From positions 8,667 to 72,666 of the forward strand of contig CAYNYV010000001.1 in the NCBI GenBank assembly GCA_964401515.1: a DNA stretch of 64,000 nt. Direction: 5' to 3'. Both the position numbers and the translations under genes were made by a program. Below, piece by piece: positions 10,501 to 19,011 of this stretch. The notes under the pieces were generated by a model, which was given only the letters and a program-made list of their open reading frames with translations, ran no database searches and had not been told where the DNA came from. The stretch comes from an uncultured Christensenella sp. GTDB taxonomy: Bacteria; Bacillota; Clostridia; Christensenellales; Borkfalkiaceae. Within the stretch, counting starts at the first letter, position 1, and each line of letters starts with the position of its first letter.

Positions 10501-11438
10501 CGTTAGATTTCGACGTACTTACTTATCAAGGTATCAGAGTAGTCGTTCTCGTTCAATATTTCCAAAAAGCGAACGTAGCGTTACCTACTTATATCACCGA
10601 CGGTTTAACCGCTATCGGTTACGAAAACTTCTTGGACGCATACCTTTCCGTATATGAAACGGCAAGACTTACTTCTACTTACGCCGTAGAGGGCAAGACG
10701 GTTGATAATATGACCGAAGCCGACAAAGTCGTTTTCGAAAAATATTGGGGACCCGATTACGAAATCAACGGTCTTCTCAAATGGAATTGGAATTCCGGTA
10801 ATAAGTTCGAAATGTATTATTCGACTCGTGTCGCCGCTATCGTATTGCAATATGCTTTAGAAAACGCTACCACTGTCGGCGAACAGTTTATGGATGCGCA
10901 AACCAAAAATTGGATATACGGCGATTTGTTCGATACGTATGAATACAAAGGAACTGTTTATTGGACGCATAACTTAAAGGCAGAAGCCGAACTCGGCGGC
11001 TATACTTACGGTTCGTTGTTTATTTCCGACACTTGCTGGGGACCTTATACCTTCGTTTATATCGACGCGGAAGGCAACGTTTGCGATAAAGCTGCCGAGG
11101 GCGCAACGATATTAACGACCGCAACGGATGGCGTAGAATTTAAAGAACAAAAGTTTGAATGTTGCGTTAACTGTCCTTCTAAGGTTTATAAGACCGCAGA
11201 CGGCAAGGAAGTATTCAAAAAATACGAAAACGGAAGCGTAAATTACGAGGCGGAAGGTTTCGTCGACAAATACAACTTACCCGTTGAATTAACCGCTGAA
11301 GAACTCGCAAAAGTTACTCTCGTAGGCACCGTTAAGACTTATAAGTTCTATGACGTCATGGCACAATGGCTTACCGCACAAGGCTACACCGTTAACACTA
11401 ACGGTTGGGGCTATAGTGCGGCTCCCACTGCCGAATAA
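7569..11438 (+). CDS. Orphan 1289-aa surface lipoprotein, function unknown
   Basis: Strong RBS AGGAGG. Signal peptide plus lipobox MKRKFSVISVLILAVCMVFSLVAC. No catalytic or known domain motif recognised. Apparent internal duplication (about 9504-9758 versus 10395-10620). C-ending Asn/Tyr/Phe/Asp codons are visibly enriched. Confidence 0.8.
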   Translation: MKRKFSVISVLILAVCMVFSLVACTGNPSNNGGNNKVVPEPRTREDTRVEAYTAYQADGTLIGDYKTIAAAINAAVATDSFGKDNSVVEYGSYVELDGTVVFQNRNGFAEASDDQFWFYANGTQLEGYDCYDEAMYAGYLKNNKVITHEVTARGSLSKQFHNGYAILQPDGELETEKYAQSWELSSTMDAAVLYLPARLDGISGLSYELDLSNVQIKPNFEGTDDTYAFIGYYAWEDYYVIATGIACNVQTGAWFPFEGSSRDDSFNDVTYNIGDKPLMISNWNEEGGYWVPEYPKLETSIKTIELYDEDNETEYYVDRSVYNFYTADGKLDQTYTVDVDDELIANYFGGVPMNVANTFVFIAGLDVRTPDNACTDYTNGAEFKNLKVTKATAHVPSEDEISDAIYGYIITPEWKGNDYNIVMASGDHEAGILDYAILNTYACAEYTKVDGCDVFSFSYDKDNAPDTALGGKAAELQAKIDSLKDLTADNVLENEDLIAEVAAMFGTDGTVATSSLAQKFYTVLDFSPLKKAQQLFAENAPLSEEATEYKNAFNALPSLLTYDYVGWKTTEEDDAGYLMNDVQDFAALYALYADKMTEDDIARWKHHVNTDDYNMYVDLMNKSTEYFAEGFTITAKAEGSSATQKTFTGEEAFADIAFYLNKIKKGTRWGFEGEPENDDGNYTNGAIVSTQLSSDNNWLPTYHVLFLKARLEEAGYKLPEYMTNLMTLAGASSGMYKDFEYIDTVLTLAANIANGSVRVVDEKVAASVNKVLVGYEAFTEVGLAWNFNNHPDKADFLYRSKAYKLYYGLETETNFAVYLESVMSFLKNRVGATVNETGLGLTEAVVAQDLTISDAAAEVIALFDKTKIHGGAFTEYAAALEKFKALSEKDQTIVELYSDYTELVELLEGNKNALEAVVLTDVAPITVFSKIYFNQDTTTNQLTAKEALNQLSELVCKVQANAKWTYGEDSDNGESNKTLDFDVLTYQGIRVVVLVQYFQKANVALPTYITDGLTAIGYENFLDAYLSVYETARLTSTYAVEGKTVDNMTEADKVVFEKYWGPDYEINGLLKWNWNSGNKFEMYYSTRVAAIVLQYALENATTVGEQFMDAQTKNWIYGDLFDTYEYKGTVYWTHNLKAEAELGGYTYGSLFISDTCWGPYTFVYIDAEGNVCDKAAEGATILTTATDGVEFKEQKFECCVNCPSKVYKTADGKEVFKKYENGSVNYEAEGFVDKYNLPVELTAEELAKVTLVGTVKTYKFYDVMAQWLTAQGYTVNTNGWGYSAAPTAE

Positions 11439-11452
11439 TTTAGGCTCACTGC

Positions 11453-11492
11453 TATTGGGGCAGATTAATTTCTGCCCCAATAACTAAATTTT
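11453..11492 (+). terminator. Intrinsic terminator/attenuator between the giant lipoprotein gene and the ABC transporter genes
   Basis: Stem TATTGGGGCAGA / TCTGCCCCAATA with loop TTAATT, then a T-run (ACTAAATTTTT). Confidence 0.7.
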
Positions 11493-11609
11493 TCAGTTAA
11501 ATTTTTTTAAAAAATTACGATTTTTCGCTTAAAAGCGGCGATATAAAATCGGTTTCTTAATACTAAATAAGAAATCTTTACGACTTCTATTAATAGGAGA
11601 CAAAAAAAC

Positions 11610-13436
11610 ATGAAAAAATTAATTTCATTACTTTTAACGGTAGCGTTAATCACTACCGCTTGCATCGGACTTTTCGGTTGCAAGGGCGGCGAAAAATATT
11701 CCTACGAAATCGATTGGAACGTAGATTTATCTAAGCCGATCGCTCTTAAGGGATTATATCCCGAAACAAGTTTATCGTCGTTCGGTAACGACGATACGTC
11801 AAGCATTATTCAGCAAAAAACCGGTTACACGGTGAATTATACAGAAGTTAAAGGCGGTAACGCCGATAACGAAATCAACTCGATTTTAACCACTCAAACC
11901 GAGTATCATTTCTTAAAACTTACCGAAGCGCAATACCATCCTTATCTTTCTCAAGGCGCGTTTTTAGATCTTACCGAACTTTTGGAAAAGACCGAATCCG
12001 GTAGAAAACTTTACGACCTTATCAACCTTATGGATTACGGTTGGGACGCCGTTACCTACTATGATGAAAACGGCGCGAAGCATATTTACGGTATTCCCGA
12101 TTTCGGTTACTGCGTGATGGAAGACACTGCTCTTATCTGGAACGTTGATCACCTTAAAAAAATCGGCTACGTAAACGCAGACGGTTCTGTAAAAGTACCT
12201 TCTACGATTGCCGAATTCACCGACGCCGTTAACAAGTGTCAAGCAATGTTCGGTTCTAACAAGAGTTACCACGCATTCGACGTTCCCGGTGAAAACAGCG
12301 TATTGGTAACGCCCCTTGTATCTGCTTTCGGTGTTCCCTTAGAATTTTACCTTGACGAAAGCAATCAAATTCAACAATACGTATTTAACGACGCAACGGC
12401 TAAATACGCTGAATATATGCACGATTTCTTCGAAAGCGGCGTATTGTCTAAGGCGTGGGGCAATGGTTCTTCTTCGGCAAGTTGTTCTAACTTTGCAAAC
12501 GAACTTTGCTCGGTTACCTATCAACCTTATTGGTTCGTTACCGCATTGGTAAACGCTATCAAGAGTAAGAACGTCATTCCTCAAAAACTCGGCGTTTCCA
12601 ACGATTTCAGAACAGTTCACGACGAATGTATCGCTTGGACGACTCGTGTTCGCGGCGACGGCACTTCGGGTTCTCAAGAACAAGAAAAAGCAATGATTCA
12701 CGGCGGCGACGCAGGCGTTTCCTATTATACGGTTATTCCTAACTATATGGCTAAAGACGCGCTTTACATCATCGACTTTTTAGGCAAGAAGATTGAACAT
12801 TTCGATGAATACTACGGCGGTCTCGAAGGTCAACATTGGAATAAAACCGCTACGCCCGTAGGCGCTAAGGATTATTATGAAGACGGCGATTATAGTTATC
12901 AACAATATGAAACTTACGCAGGTGCCGATTCGGTAATTTACTTACGTCCGTATAGTTATAGTTATAGGGTAGGCGAAATGAAGTCCGACGGTACCTATGA
13001 CAAAAAGATTGTCACGGGTGGCGGTCAATGGATAAAACTTACCGAAAGATATTTGGCGCACATCGTTGATAACTCGCAATACTGCAACGGAACGAACAGA
13101 GTTTCCGCTAATGTTTTATTCCATTTGCGTGAAACGGGATTCGACGCATGGCAAGTAACCGTTCCTATGGACGATACGATTATCACGAACCCGATGACTA
13201 TGTGTCCTCCGTTAACGAATTGGTCGGTTGTATCCATACTTTCGCGTACGCAAGCAAAACGCGGCGTAAGTTCAGCGATAGAAAAAGACGATCCTACTGC
13301 TTCCATCAATTTAACGCGTAACACTTTACGCAGTAAATCTGTATCGAAAGGCGGCAAAAAATACTTCTATTGGTCCGACGATATCGTAAACGAAATGACC
13401 GATTGGTACGTAAACGTAAAACTTAACAGAAAGTAA
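11610..13436 (+). CDS. Extracellular solute-binding lipoprotein of a carbohydrate ABC transporter (large LplA-like type)
   Basis: Signal peptide plus lipobox LFGC. 608 aa, sitting directly upstream of two sugar-type permeases. The codon bias suggests high expression. Confidence 0.8.
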   Translation: MKKLISLLLTVALITTACIGLFGCKGGEKYSYEIDWNVDLSKPIALKGLYPETSLSSFGNDDTSSIIQQKTGYTVNYTEVKGGNADNEINSILTTQTEYHFLKLTEAQYHPYLSQGAFLDLTELLEKTESGRKLYDLINLMDYGWDAVTYYDENGAKHIYGIPDFGYCVMEDTALIWNVDHLKKIGYVNADGSVKVPSTIAEFTDAVNKCQAMFGSNKSYHAFDVPGENSVLVTPLVSAFGVPLEFYLDESNQIQQYVFNDATAKYAEYMHDFFESGVLSKAWGNGSSSASCSNFANELCSVTYQPYWFVTALVNAIKSKNVIPQKLGVSNDFRTVHDECIAWTTRVRGDGTSGSQEQEKAMIHGGDAGVSYYTVIPNYMAKDALYIIDFLGKKIEHFDEYYGGLEGQHWNKTATPVGAKDYYEDGDYSYQQYETYAGADSVIYLRPYSYSYRVGEMKSDGTYDKKIVTGGGQWIKLTERYLAHIVDNSQYCNGTNRVSANVLFHLRETGFDAWQVTVPMDDTIITNPMTMCPPLTNWSVVSILSRTQAKRGVSSAIEKDDPTASINLTRNTLRSKSVSKGGKKYFYWSDDIVNEMTDWYVNVKLNRK

Positions 13437-13463
13437 TTAAACATATTTTCCTATATGGCGCCG

Positions 13464-13502
13464 GGCAGGCGTAGCCTAACTTTTCGGTACGCTGCGCCTG
13501 CC
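13464..13502 (+). terminator. Intercistronic hairpin after the binding-protein gene (partial terminator / mRNA stabiliser)
   Basis: 12-bp GC-rich stem GGCAGGCGTAGC / GCTGCGCCTGCC with a 15-nt loop, followed by a weak T-run. Confidence 0.5.
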
Positions 13503-13544
13503 TTGGTTTGCATTATTGCTTATAGCAACGATAAGGAGCGAATT

Positions 13545-14561
13545 ATGGCTGAAAATGAAAAATCGACTGTATCCGAAGACACTTTACGTGCCGAACAATC
13601 GGAAGTACGTCAGCCGAATCTTAACACAAAAGAGGGATATTGGAAAACTCAAGGCAAAAGACTGAAAAAACATCGTCACGTTTTGCCCTTTTTACTTCCC
13701 GCCGCGATAGTTTCTTTAATTTTTTCCTACATACCCATGCTCGGTATACTGTTTTCTTTTAAAGAAGATTTCAACCTAATGGCGGGCGACGTAATCTACA
13801 ACTTAACCCACGGCGGCTGGACTTTGCAACATTACGCCGACATTTTTTACGACCCTTCTTTTTTAAAAGCGGTAGGGAACACTCTTATTATTAACGTATT
13901 AAAACTTGCGATATGTTTTCCGCTATCTATTTTGCTTGCCTTACAACTTGCGGAACTCAAAAATCAAGGACTTGCAAAAGTAATACTTATAATCGTCTGT
14001 ATTCCTAACTTTTTGTCTTGGGTTATAGTAATAGGTATTTGGCAAGGCGTTTTACATCCCGATACCGGATTTTTGGGCAAACTGTTCTTCCAAGGCAGCG
14101 TTGAGATAATGGGCGAAGATAGTTTGTTTAAATTTTTTGTCATTGTTCTTAACATTTGGAAAGGCGTAGGCTGGGGCTCGATAATTTATTACGCGGCGAT
14201 AACTTCTATAGATAAGTCTTATTACGAGGCTGCGACGATTGACGGCGCTAATAAATTTCAAAAGGCTTGGTATCTTACCTTGCCCGCGATTTTGCCGACC
14301 ATAGCGTTAATGCTTGTAATGCAGTTTAGCGGTATGATGGCTGCGGGGTTCGAACAAATTTACACAATGATGCAAATAAACCCCGATCTTATGGATTCGC
14401 AAATAACTTTGGATACATATCTTTACGATATTTCGGTCGTAAACAGAACAAATATTCCGTTTGCGACGGCGCTTGGCGTATTTAACGGCTTAATCGCACT
14501 TATTTTGATGATAGTCGGTAATAAAATTACGACCAAAACGCTACACCGCAGTTTGTGGTAA
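13545..14561 (+). CDS. Carbohydrate ABC transporter permease (LplB/MalF-like)
   Basis: Multi-TM protein with EAA-loop YEAATIDGANKFQKAWYLTLPAI. I prefer the ATG at 13545 (AAGGAG RBS) over the track start at 13455. Confidence 0.9.
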   Translation: MAENEKSTVSEDTLRAEQSEVRQPNLNTKEGYWKTQGKRLKKHRHVLPFLLPAAIVSLIFSYIPMLGILFSFKEDFNLMAGDVIYNLTHGGWTLQHYADIFYDPSFLKAVGNTLIINVLKLAICFPLSILLALQLAELKNQGLAKVILIIVCIPNFLSWVIVIGIWQGVLHPDTGFLGKLFFQGSVEIMGEDSLFKFFVIVLNIWKGVGWGSIIYYAAITSIDKSYYEAATIDGANKFQKAWYLTLPAILPTIALMLVMQFSGMMAAGFEQIYTMMQINPDLMDSQITLDTYLYDISVVNRTNIPFATALGVFNGLIALILMIVGNKITTKTLHRSLW

Positions 14562-14572
14562 GGGGGGCAGTT

Positions 14573-15517
14573 ATGAATAACGAATATACTTATACTCCTA
14601 CGTCGAATGAAGAATATGTTCCCGATTTATCTTTTAAGCGTAAAAACAGAATAAAAGAGAGCGTTTTAGATAGGTCCGTCGGCATATTTAACATAGCATT
14701 GTTATTTTTGCTCGTACTAGTAATAGTCGTACCTTTACTTTCTTACTTTTCGCTTGCGTTTTCGGATCCTTATTTTAACGATGAAATTACAATCTTTCCT
14801 ACGCATTTTTCTTTAGAAGCCTTCAAATATATTTTAGTCGGCGCGCAGGCAGAGATTTTTTGGAATTCATTTTTGAACTCCGTTATTATAACCGTAGTAG
14901 TAACGCTTGCGTCTAATTTATGCATGGCGCTTGCGGCGTATCCGCTTTCTAAACCCGATTGTCCTTTCCGTAGCGGCATTATGATGTATTTTATCATAAC
15001 CATGTTGTTTTCGGCGGGTATTTTGCCTTGTTACCTACTTATGTCGCAGTTAAAACTTTTAAACACTATTTGGTCGGTAATTTTAATTTCCATAAGCAAT
15101 GTAGGCAATATGTTGCTGTTTAAGACCTTCTTCGAAGGCGTGTCGACCGAAATCCAAGAAGCGGCTAAGATTGACGGCGCGTCTGATTTACAGATGTTTT
15201 TCCGCATTATAATTCCTATGGCGTTGCCCGTTTTCGGCAGTTGCTGTTTCTTTACGATAGTCGGTATGTGGAACGGTTACGGCGCGGCGATGATGTTTAT
15301 TTCTTCTTCGTCGGAAAAGGCTTATCCTCTTGCATATTATATTTACTTGCTTTTAGGTAACGCGGCTCTTGACAAAAACGATCCGTTCGTTCTCGTCGGA
15401 CAAAGCAATATCGAAGCCGCCGCAATGCTTTTAAGTATAATTCCCATCATTTGCATTTACCCGTTTGTTATAAAGTATATTAAAGGCGGAATTCAAATCG
15501 GTTCCGTCAAGGGATGA
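14573..15517 (+). CDS. Carbohydrate ABC transporter permease (LplC/MalG-like)
   Basis: EAA-loop EAAKIDGASDLQMFFRIIIPMALP. ATG at 14573 preceded by AAGGGGGG. Confidence 0.9.
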   Translation: MNNEYTYTPTSNEEYVPDLSFKRKNRIKESVLDRSVGIFNIALLFLLVLVIVVPLLSYFSLAFSDPYFNDEITIFPTHFSLEAFKYILVGAQAEIFWNSFLNSVIITVVVTLASNLCMALAAYPLSKPDCPFRSGIMMYFIITMLFSAGILPCYLLMSQLKLLNTIWSVILISISNVGNMLLFKTFFEGVSTEIQEAAKIDGASDLQMFFRIIIPMALPVFGSCCFFTIVGMWNGYGAAMMFISSSSEKAYPLAYYIYLLLGNAALDKNDPFVLVGQSNIEAAAMLLSIIPIICIYPFVIKYIKGGIQIGSVKG

Positions 15518-15520
15518 TTT

Positions 15521-17023
15521 ATGAAACAAATTTTAATGGTGCCTTTGGACGAAAGGCCGTGTAACTACGGATTTCCGACAATAATGCCTAAAGCGGGATT
15601 TGATATTTTAATGCCGCCTAAGGAAATTATGGGGCTTAAAAAGCGCCCTGCCAGAGTCGATAAAATTGCCGAATGGCTTTTGGATAACGCCCAAAAAAGC
15701 GATCTGATGATTCTTTCCATGGATACGCTGATTTACGGCGGGTTGATACCGTCAAGGTTACATTACGACAGCGTACAAACTCTTTGCGATAGGGGAAACG
15801 TTATTTTAGAACTCAAAAAACGAAATCCTTCGCTTAGAATATTCGCGTTTCAAACATTAATGCGTTGTCCATTTTATTCGCTTTCCGACGAGGAACCCGA
15901 TTATTACGCCACTTACGGTTCCGAGATTCATAAATACGGTATTTACACCCACAAAAAGCAGTTAGAAGTAATTACCGAAGATGAAGAAGCCGAACTTAAC
16001 CGTATTAAAAACGTTATACCTAAAGACGTTCTGTCCGATTTCGAGGGTAGACGTGCCGTAAATATCCAAGTCCTATACAATTCCTTAAAAATGGTGAAAG
16101 ACGGCAATATCGAAGCGTTTATTATTCCGCAGGACGATAGCGCGCCTTACGGATACACTTCGATGGACCAAGCGAAAGTACGCGATTATCTTCGCGAAAA
16201 CGGATTGACTTTAAAAGTACCCGTTTATCCCGCTGCGGACGATACGGGGCTTACTATGCTAAATCGCGCGGTAAACGATTATTACGGATATTCGCCCAAA
16301 GTTTTCGTTTACTATGCTTCAACTAAAGGTGCGACGGTTATACCTTGTTTCGAAGACAGGATAGTCGACGCAAGCGTTAAAAATCAAATACTCGCCGCAG
16401 GAATGACAAGGGTTTACAGTTTACAAGAAGCCGATATTTTGCTTGCGATAAACATCGGCGGCGGTATGCTTTATAACGCGAAAAAGGAACAATACGCGCT
16501 TCCTTACGACATTGAAAGGAATTTAGCGGAGTACATAACTCAAATCAATTACGCACTTTCTTTAAATAAAATCGTCGCCGTTGCGGACGTCGCTTATCCG
16601 ACCGGTGCCGATCACGAACTTTTAGCTTTAATGCGTGATAGCGGTTTGCTATTAAAAGTTCACGCTTACGCAAGTTGGAACACTTCGTCCAACACGCTTG
16701 GCACCGTTCTTTGTCAAAGCAGTTTGTACATGCACGGTAAGGACGAAATCGGTAACAAGAAGTTTTTGCTTCACAGATACTACGACGACGTAGGGTACTG
16801 TTCGCACACGAGAACCTTTATCGACGTTACGGCGGTGCCCGATAACGGATGTACCGTGTTTAAACTCGACGGCGTAAACGGCAAGTGCGTTGCCGCGGCA
16901 AAGCAGGAACTTTTAAGGTATATGGCTGAAGTATATCCCGAACTTAGTAAGTACGTTAAAGATATTCAAGTTTCTTCGCCGTGGAACAGAACTTTTGAAA
17001 TGGAATTTATTTTGGAAACTTAA
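15521..17023 (+). CDS. DUF4127-family protein (uncharacterised, cytoplasmic)
   Basis: 500 aa with no signal peptide. N-terminus ILMVPLDERPCNY matches my recollection of the DUF4127 family start. It begins 3 nt after the permease stop and ends 5 nt before the GH31 start. Confidence 0.65.
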   Translation: MKQILMVPLDERPCNYGFPTIMPKAGFDILMPPKEIMGLKKRPARVDKIAEWLLDNAQKSDLMILSMDTLIYGGLIPSRLHYDSVQTLCDRGNVILELKKRNPSLRIFAFQTLMRCPFYSLSDEEPDYYATYGSEIHKYGIYTHKKQLEVITEDEEAELNRIKNVIPKDVLSDFEGRRAVNIQVLYNSLKMVKDGNIEAFIIPQDDSAPYGYTSMDQAKVRDYLRENGLTLKVPVYPAADDTGLTMLNRAVNDYYGYSPKVFVYYASTKGATVIPCFEDRIVDASVKNQILAAGMTRVYSLQEADILLAINIGGGMLYNAKKEQYALPYDIERNLAEYITQINYALSLNKIVAVADVAYPTGADHELLALMRDSGLLLKVHAYASWNTSSNTLGTVLCQSSLYMHGKDEIGNKKFLLHRYYDDVGYCSHTRTFIDVTAVPDNGCTVFKLDGVNGKCVAAAKQELLRYMAEVYPELSKYVKDIQVSSPWNRTFEMEFILET

Positions 17024-17028
17024 AACTT

Positions 17029-18987
17029 ATGAAACGAATAGACAATTTGTTTACCGAAAGCGCCGACGGCTTTACCCTTATTTTAAACAGAACTTATCGC
17101 GCCGTTTACGGTTTAGGCGAGAAGTTCGACAGTTTGAATCAAAAGGGAAAATACGTCCGCGCCGCCGTAAGAGAAAAATGCTTTTACCAAAGCGAATACA
17201 CATACCTATCTATGCCGTATTTTATGACGCCCGACGGGTTCGGTTTATACGTAAACACTTACGCCGAAGTAGATTTCGATTTTACTAAAGACGGCGTAAT
17301 TACCGTCTTTTGCCATAAAGGTACGGACGGAAAAATACCCGACGCCTATCTTTTAGAGGGTACGCCTAAAGAAATTTTAACCGAGTTTAGAAAACTCACT
17401 TCCATGCCTAAGATTTTTCCCAAGTGGGTTTTAGGCTCTTGGATGAGTTCTAACAGGTGGAACTGTCAAGACGACGTTGAAGAACAACTTAAATTAACCA
17501 AGGAACACGGCTTTCCGCACAACGTTTTGGTTGTTGAGCCTTGGAGCGATCTTACGACTCATTATCTTTTTGCGGGTAGTAGAATTCCGCATAAAAAGGG
17601 CGACGAGTATGCAAAACTTTCCGAAGTAGACTTTAGTAAATCAAAAAGGTGGCGCGATCCCGCCGAAATGATTAAAAACATGCATTCGGACGGGCTTAAA
17701 ATTCTTCTTTGGGTTGTTCCTATTTACGCGCAAGGCGTAAATATCGAAGGCGATGAAAACCTTGAACAGTTGTATAGCGACAACGATTACGTTAAAAATA
17801 CCAAAGAATGTGTTTTAAACGCCGACGGTACGCCTTATGAAATTCCGCACACGTGGTGCGTTGAAAGTATGATTCCCGATTTCACCGAAGAAGTCGGAAG
17901 AAAACATTGGTTCGACAGATTTTCGTATCTTCTCGAAATGGGAATCGACGGTTTCAAGACCGACGGCGGAGAGTTTATTCACGATAAAACCGTTAAATTT
18001 TCCGACGGGACAACCGGTATCGAAGGGCAAAACGCTTATCCCGAACAATACACTAAGGCTTTTGCCGATTTCGTCGGTAAAGACAGAATAGTGTTCTCAC
18101 GCGCGGGCGGGCAGAATACTCCTTCGTTTTCGGTAGTTTGGGCGGGTGACCAAGAATCCACTTGGCAAGAATACCGCTCCGTAATAAAAGCGGGGATTTC
18201 TGCAGGTGCGTCGGGTATTAACTGTTGGGGGTATGATATTGCGGGGTTCTCGGGATATCTTCCTACGGCGGAATTGTACTTACGCGCTACGCAGACGGCG
18301 GCTTTTTTACCGATAATGCAATGGCATAGCGATCCCGTTACCAACGGTCGTTGCGACTTTAGCGGCGCGTGGCGCACAAACGACAGAAGCCCTTGGAATA
18401 TCTCGGCTTTCCATAAAGACCCCGAACTTTTAGACGTGTTGCGTAGGCAATTTTATTTGCATTATAATTTAGCGCCGTATTTTTATATGCTAATGCTCGA
18501 AGCCTCTAAAACGGGCGTTAGTTCCGTACGCGCTATGGCGATTGAATTCCCGAACGACGAAAACACTTATAATCTTGACGGACAATTTATGCTCGGGGAC
18601 GCGATTTTAGTCGCTCCCGTATTGGACGATTATATTTCCGAAACGAGTCTTTATCTTCCGTCGGGGGAGTGGTACGGATTTTTCGACGGTAAAAAGTACG
18701 GCGGCGGTAAGTTTATTACCGTACCGGTCGTAAAAGAAAACTGTCCCGTATTCGTACGTAAAAATAAGTGCGTGCCTCTTAATTTAAGCGGCGGCAAACT
18801 TTGTTCGGACGTAGGAAACGATTTATCTAAATATACCGAACTTACCTTTATGATTTCGGGAAAGGGTTCTTATACGTTTAGCGACGATTTAGGAAATCTA
18901 ATTTCATTCCGATGGGATGAAAACGGCGAAACGATTACCGAAAACGTCAAAAACGTAAAAGTTAACTTTTTAAGAATAGACAAATAG
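17029..18987 (+). CDS. Glycoside hydrolase family 31 (YicI/alpha-xylosidase-like subgroup), cytoplasmic
   Basis: Nucleophile motif GIDGFKTDGGE and acid/base region VWAGDQESTW. Confidence 0.9.
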   Translation: MKRIDNLFTESADGFTLILNRTYRAVYGLGEKFDSLNQKGKYVRAAVREKCFYQSEYTYLSMPYFMTPDGFGLYVNTYAEVDFDFTKDGVITVFCHKGTDGKIPDAYLLEGTPKEILTEFRKLTSMPKIFPKWVLGSWMSSNRWNCQDDVEEQLKLTKEHGFPHNVLVVEPWSDLTTHYLFAGSRIPHKKGDEYAKLSEVDFSKSKRWRDPAEMIKNMHSDGLKILLWVVPIYAQGVNIEGDENLEQLYSDNDYVKNTKECVLNADGTPYEIPHTWCVESMIPDFTEEVGRKHWFDRFSYLLEMGIDGFKTDGGEFIHDKTVKFSDGTTGIEGQNAYPEQYTKAFADFVGKDRIVFSRAGGQNTPSFSVVWAGDQESTWQEYRSVIKAGISAGASGINCWGYDIAGFSGYLPTAELYLRATQTAAFLPIMQWHSDPVTNGRCDFSGAWRTNDRSPWNISAFHKDPELLDVLRRQFYLHYNLAPYFYMLMLEASKTGVSSVRAMAIEFPNDENTYNLDGQFMLGDAILVAPVLDDYISETSLYLPSGEWYGFFDGKKYGGGKFITVPVVKENCPVFVRKNKCVPLNLSGGKLCSDVGNDLSKYTELTFMISGKGSYTFSDDLGNLISFRWDENGETITENVKNVKVNFLRIDK

Positions 18988-18996
18988 CGATTTTAT

Positions 18997-19005
18997 GGGG
19001 GGGGG
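18997..19005 (+). repeat. Homopolymeric G9 tract forming the RBS region of the Big_2 lipoprotein gene
   Basis: TTTTATGGGGGGGGGATTTATATG. The tract ends 6 nt before the ATG at 19012. Confidence 0.9.
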
Positions 19006-19011
19006 ATTTAT

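Noticed and set aside
16995-17288. 97-aa Arg-rich ORF overlapping the DUF4127 end and the GH31 start
   Set aside because: It is an out-of-frame shadow of two coding genes, with an extreme R/K composition and no RBS.
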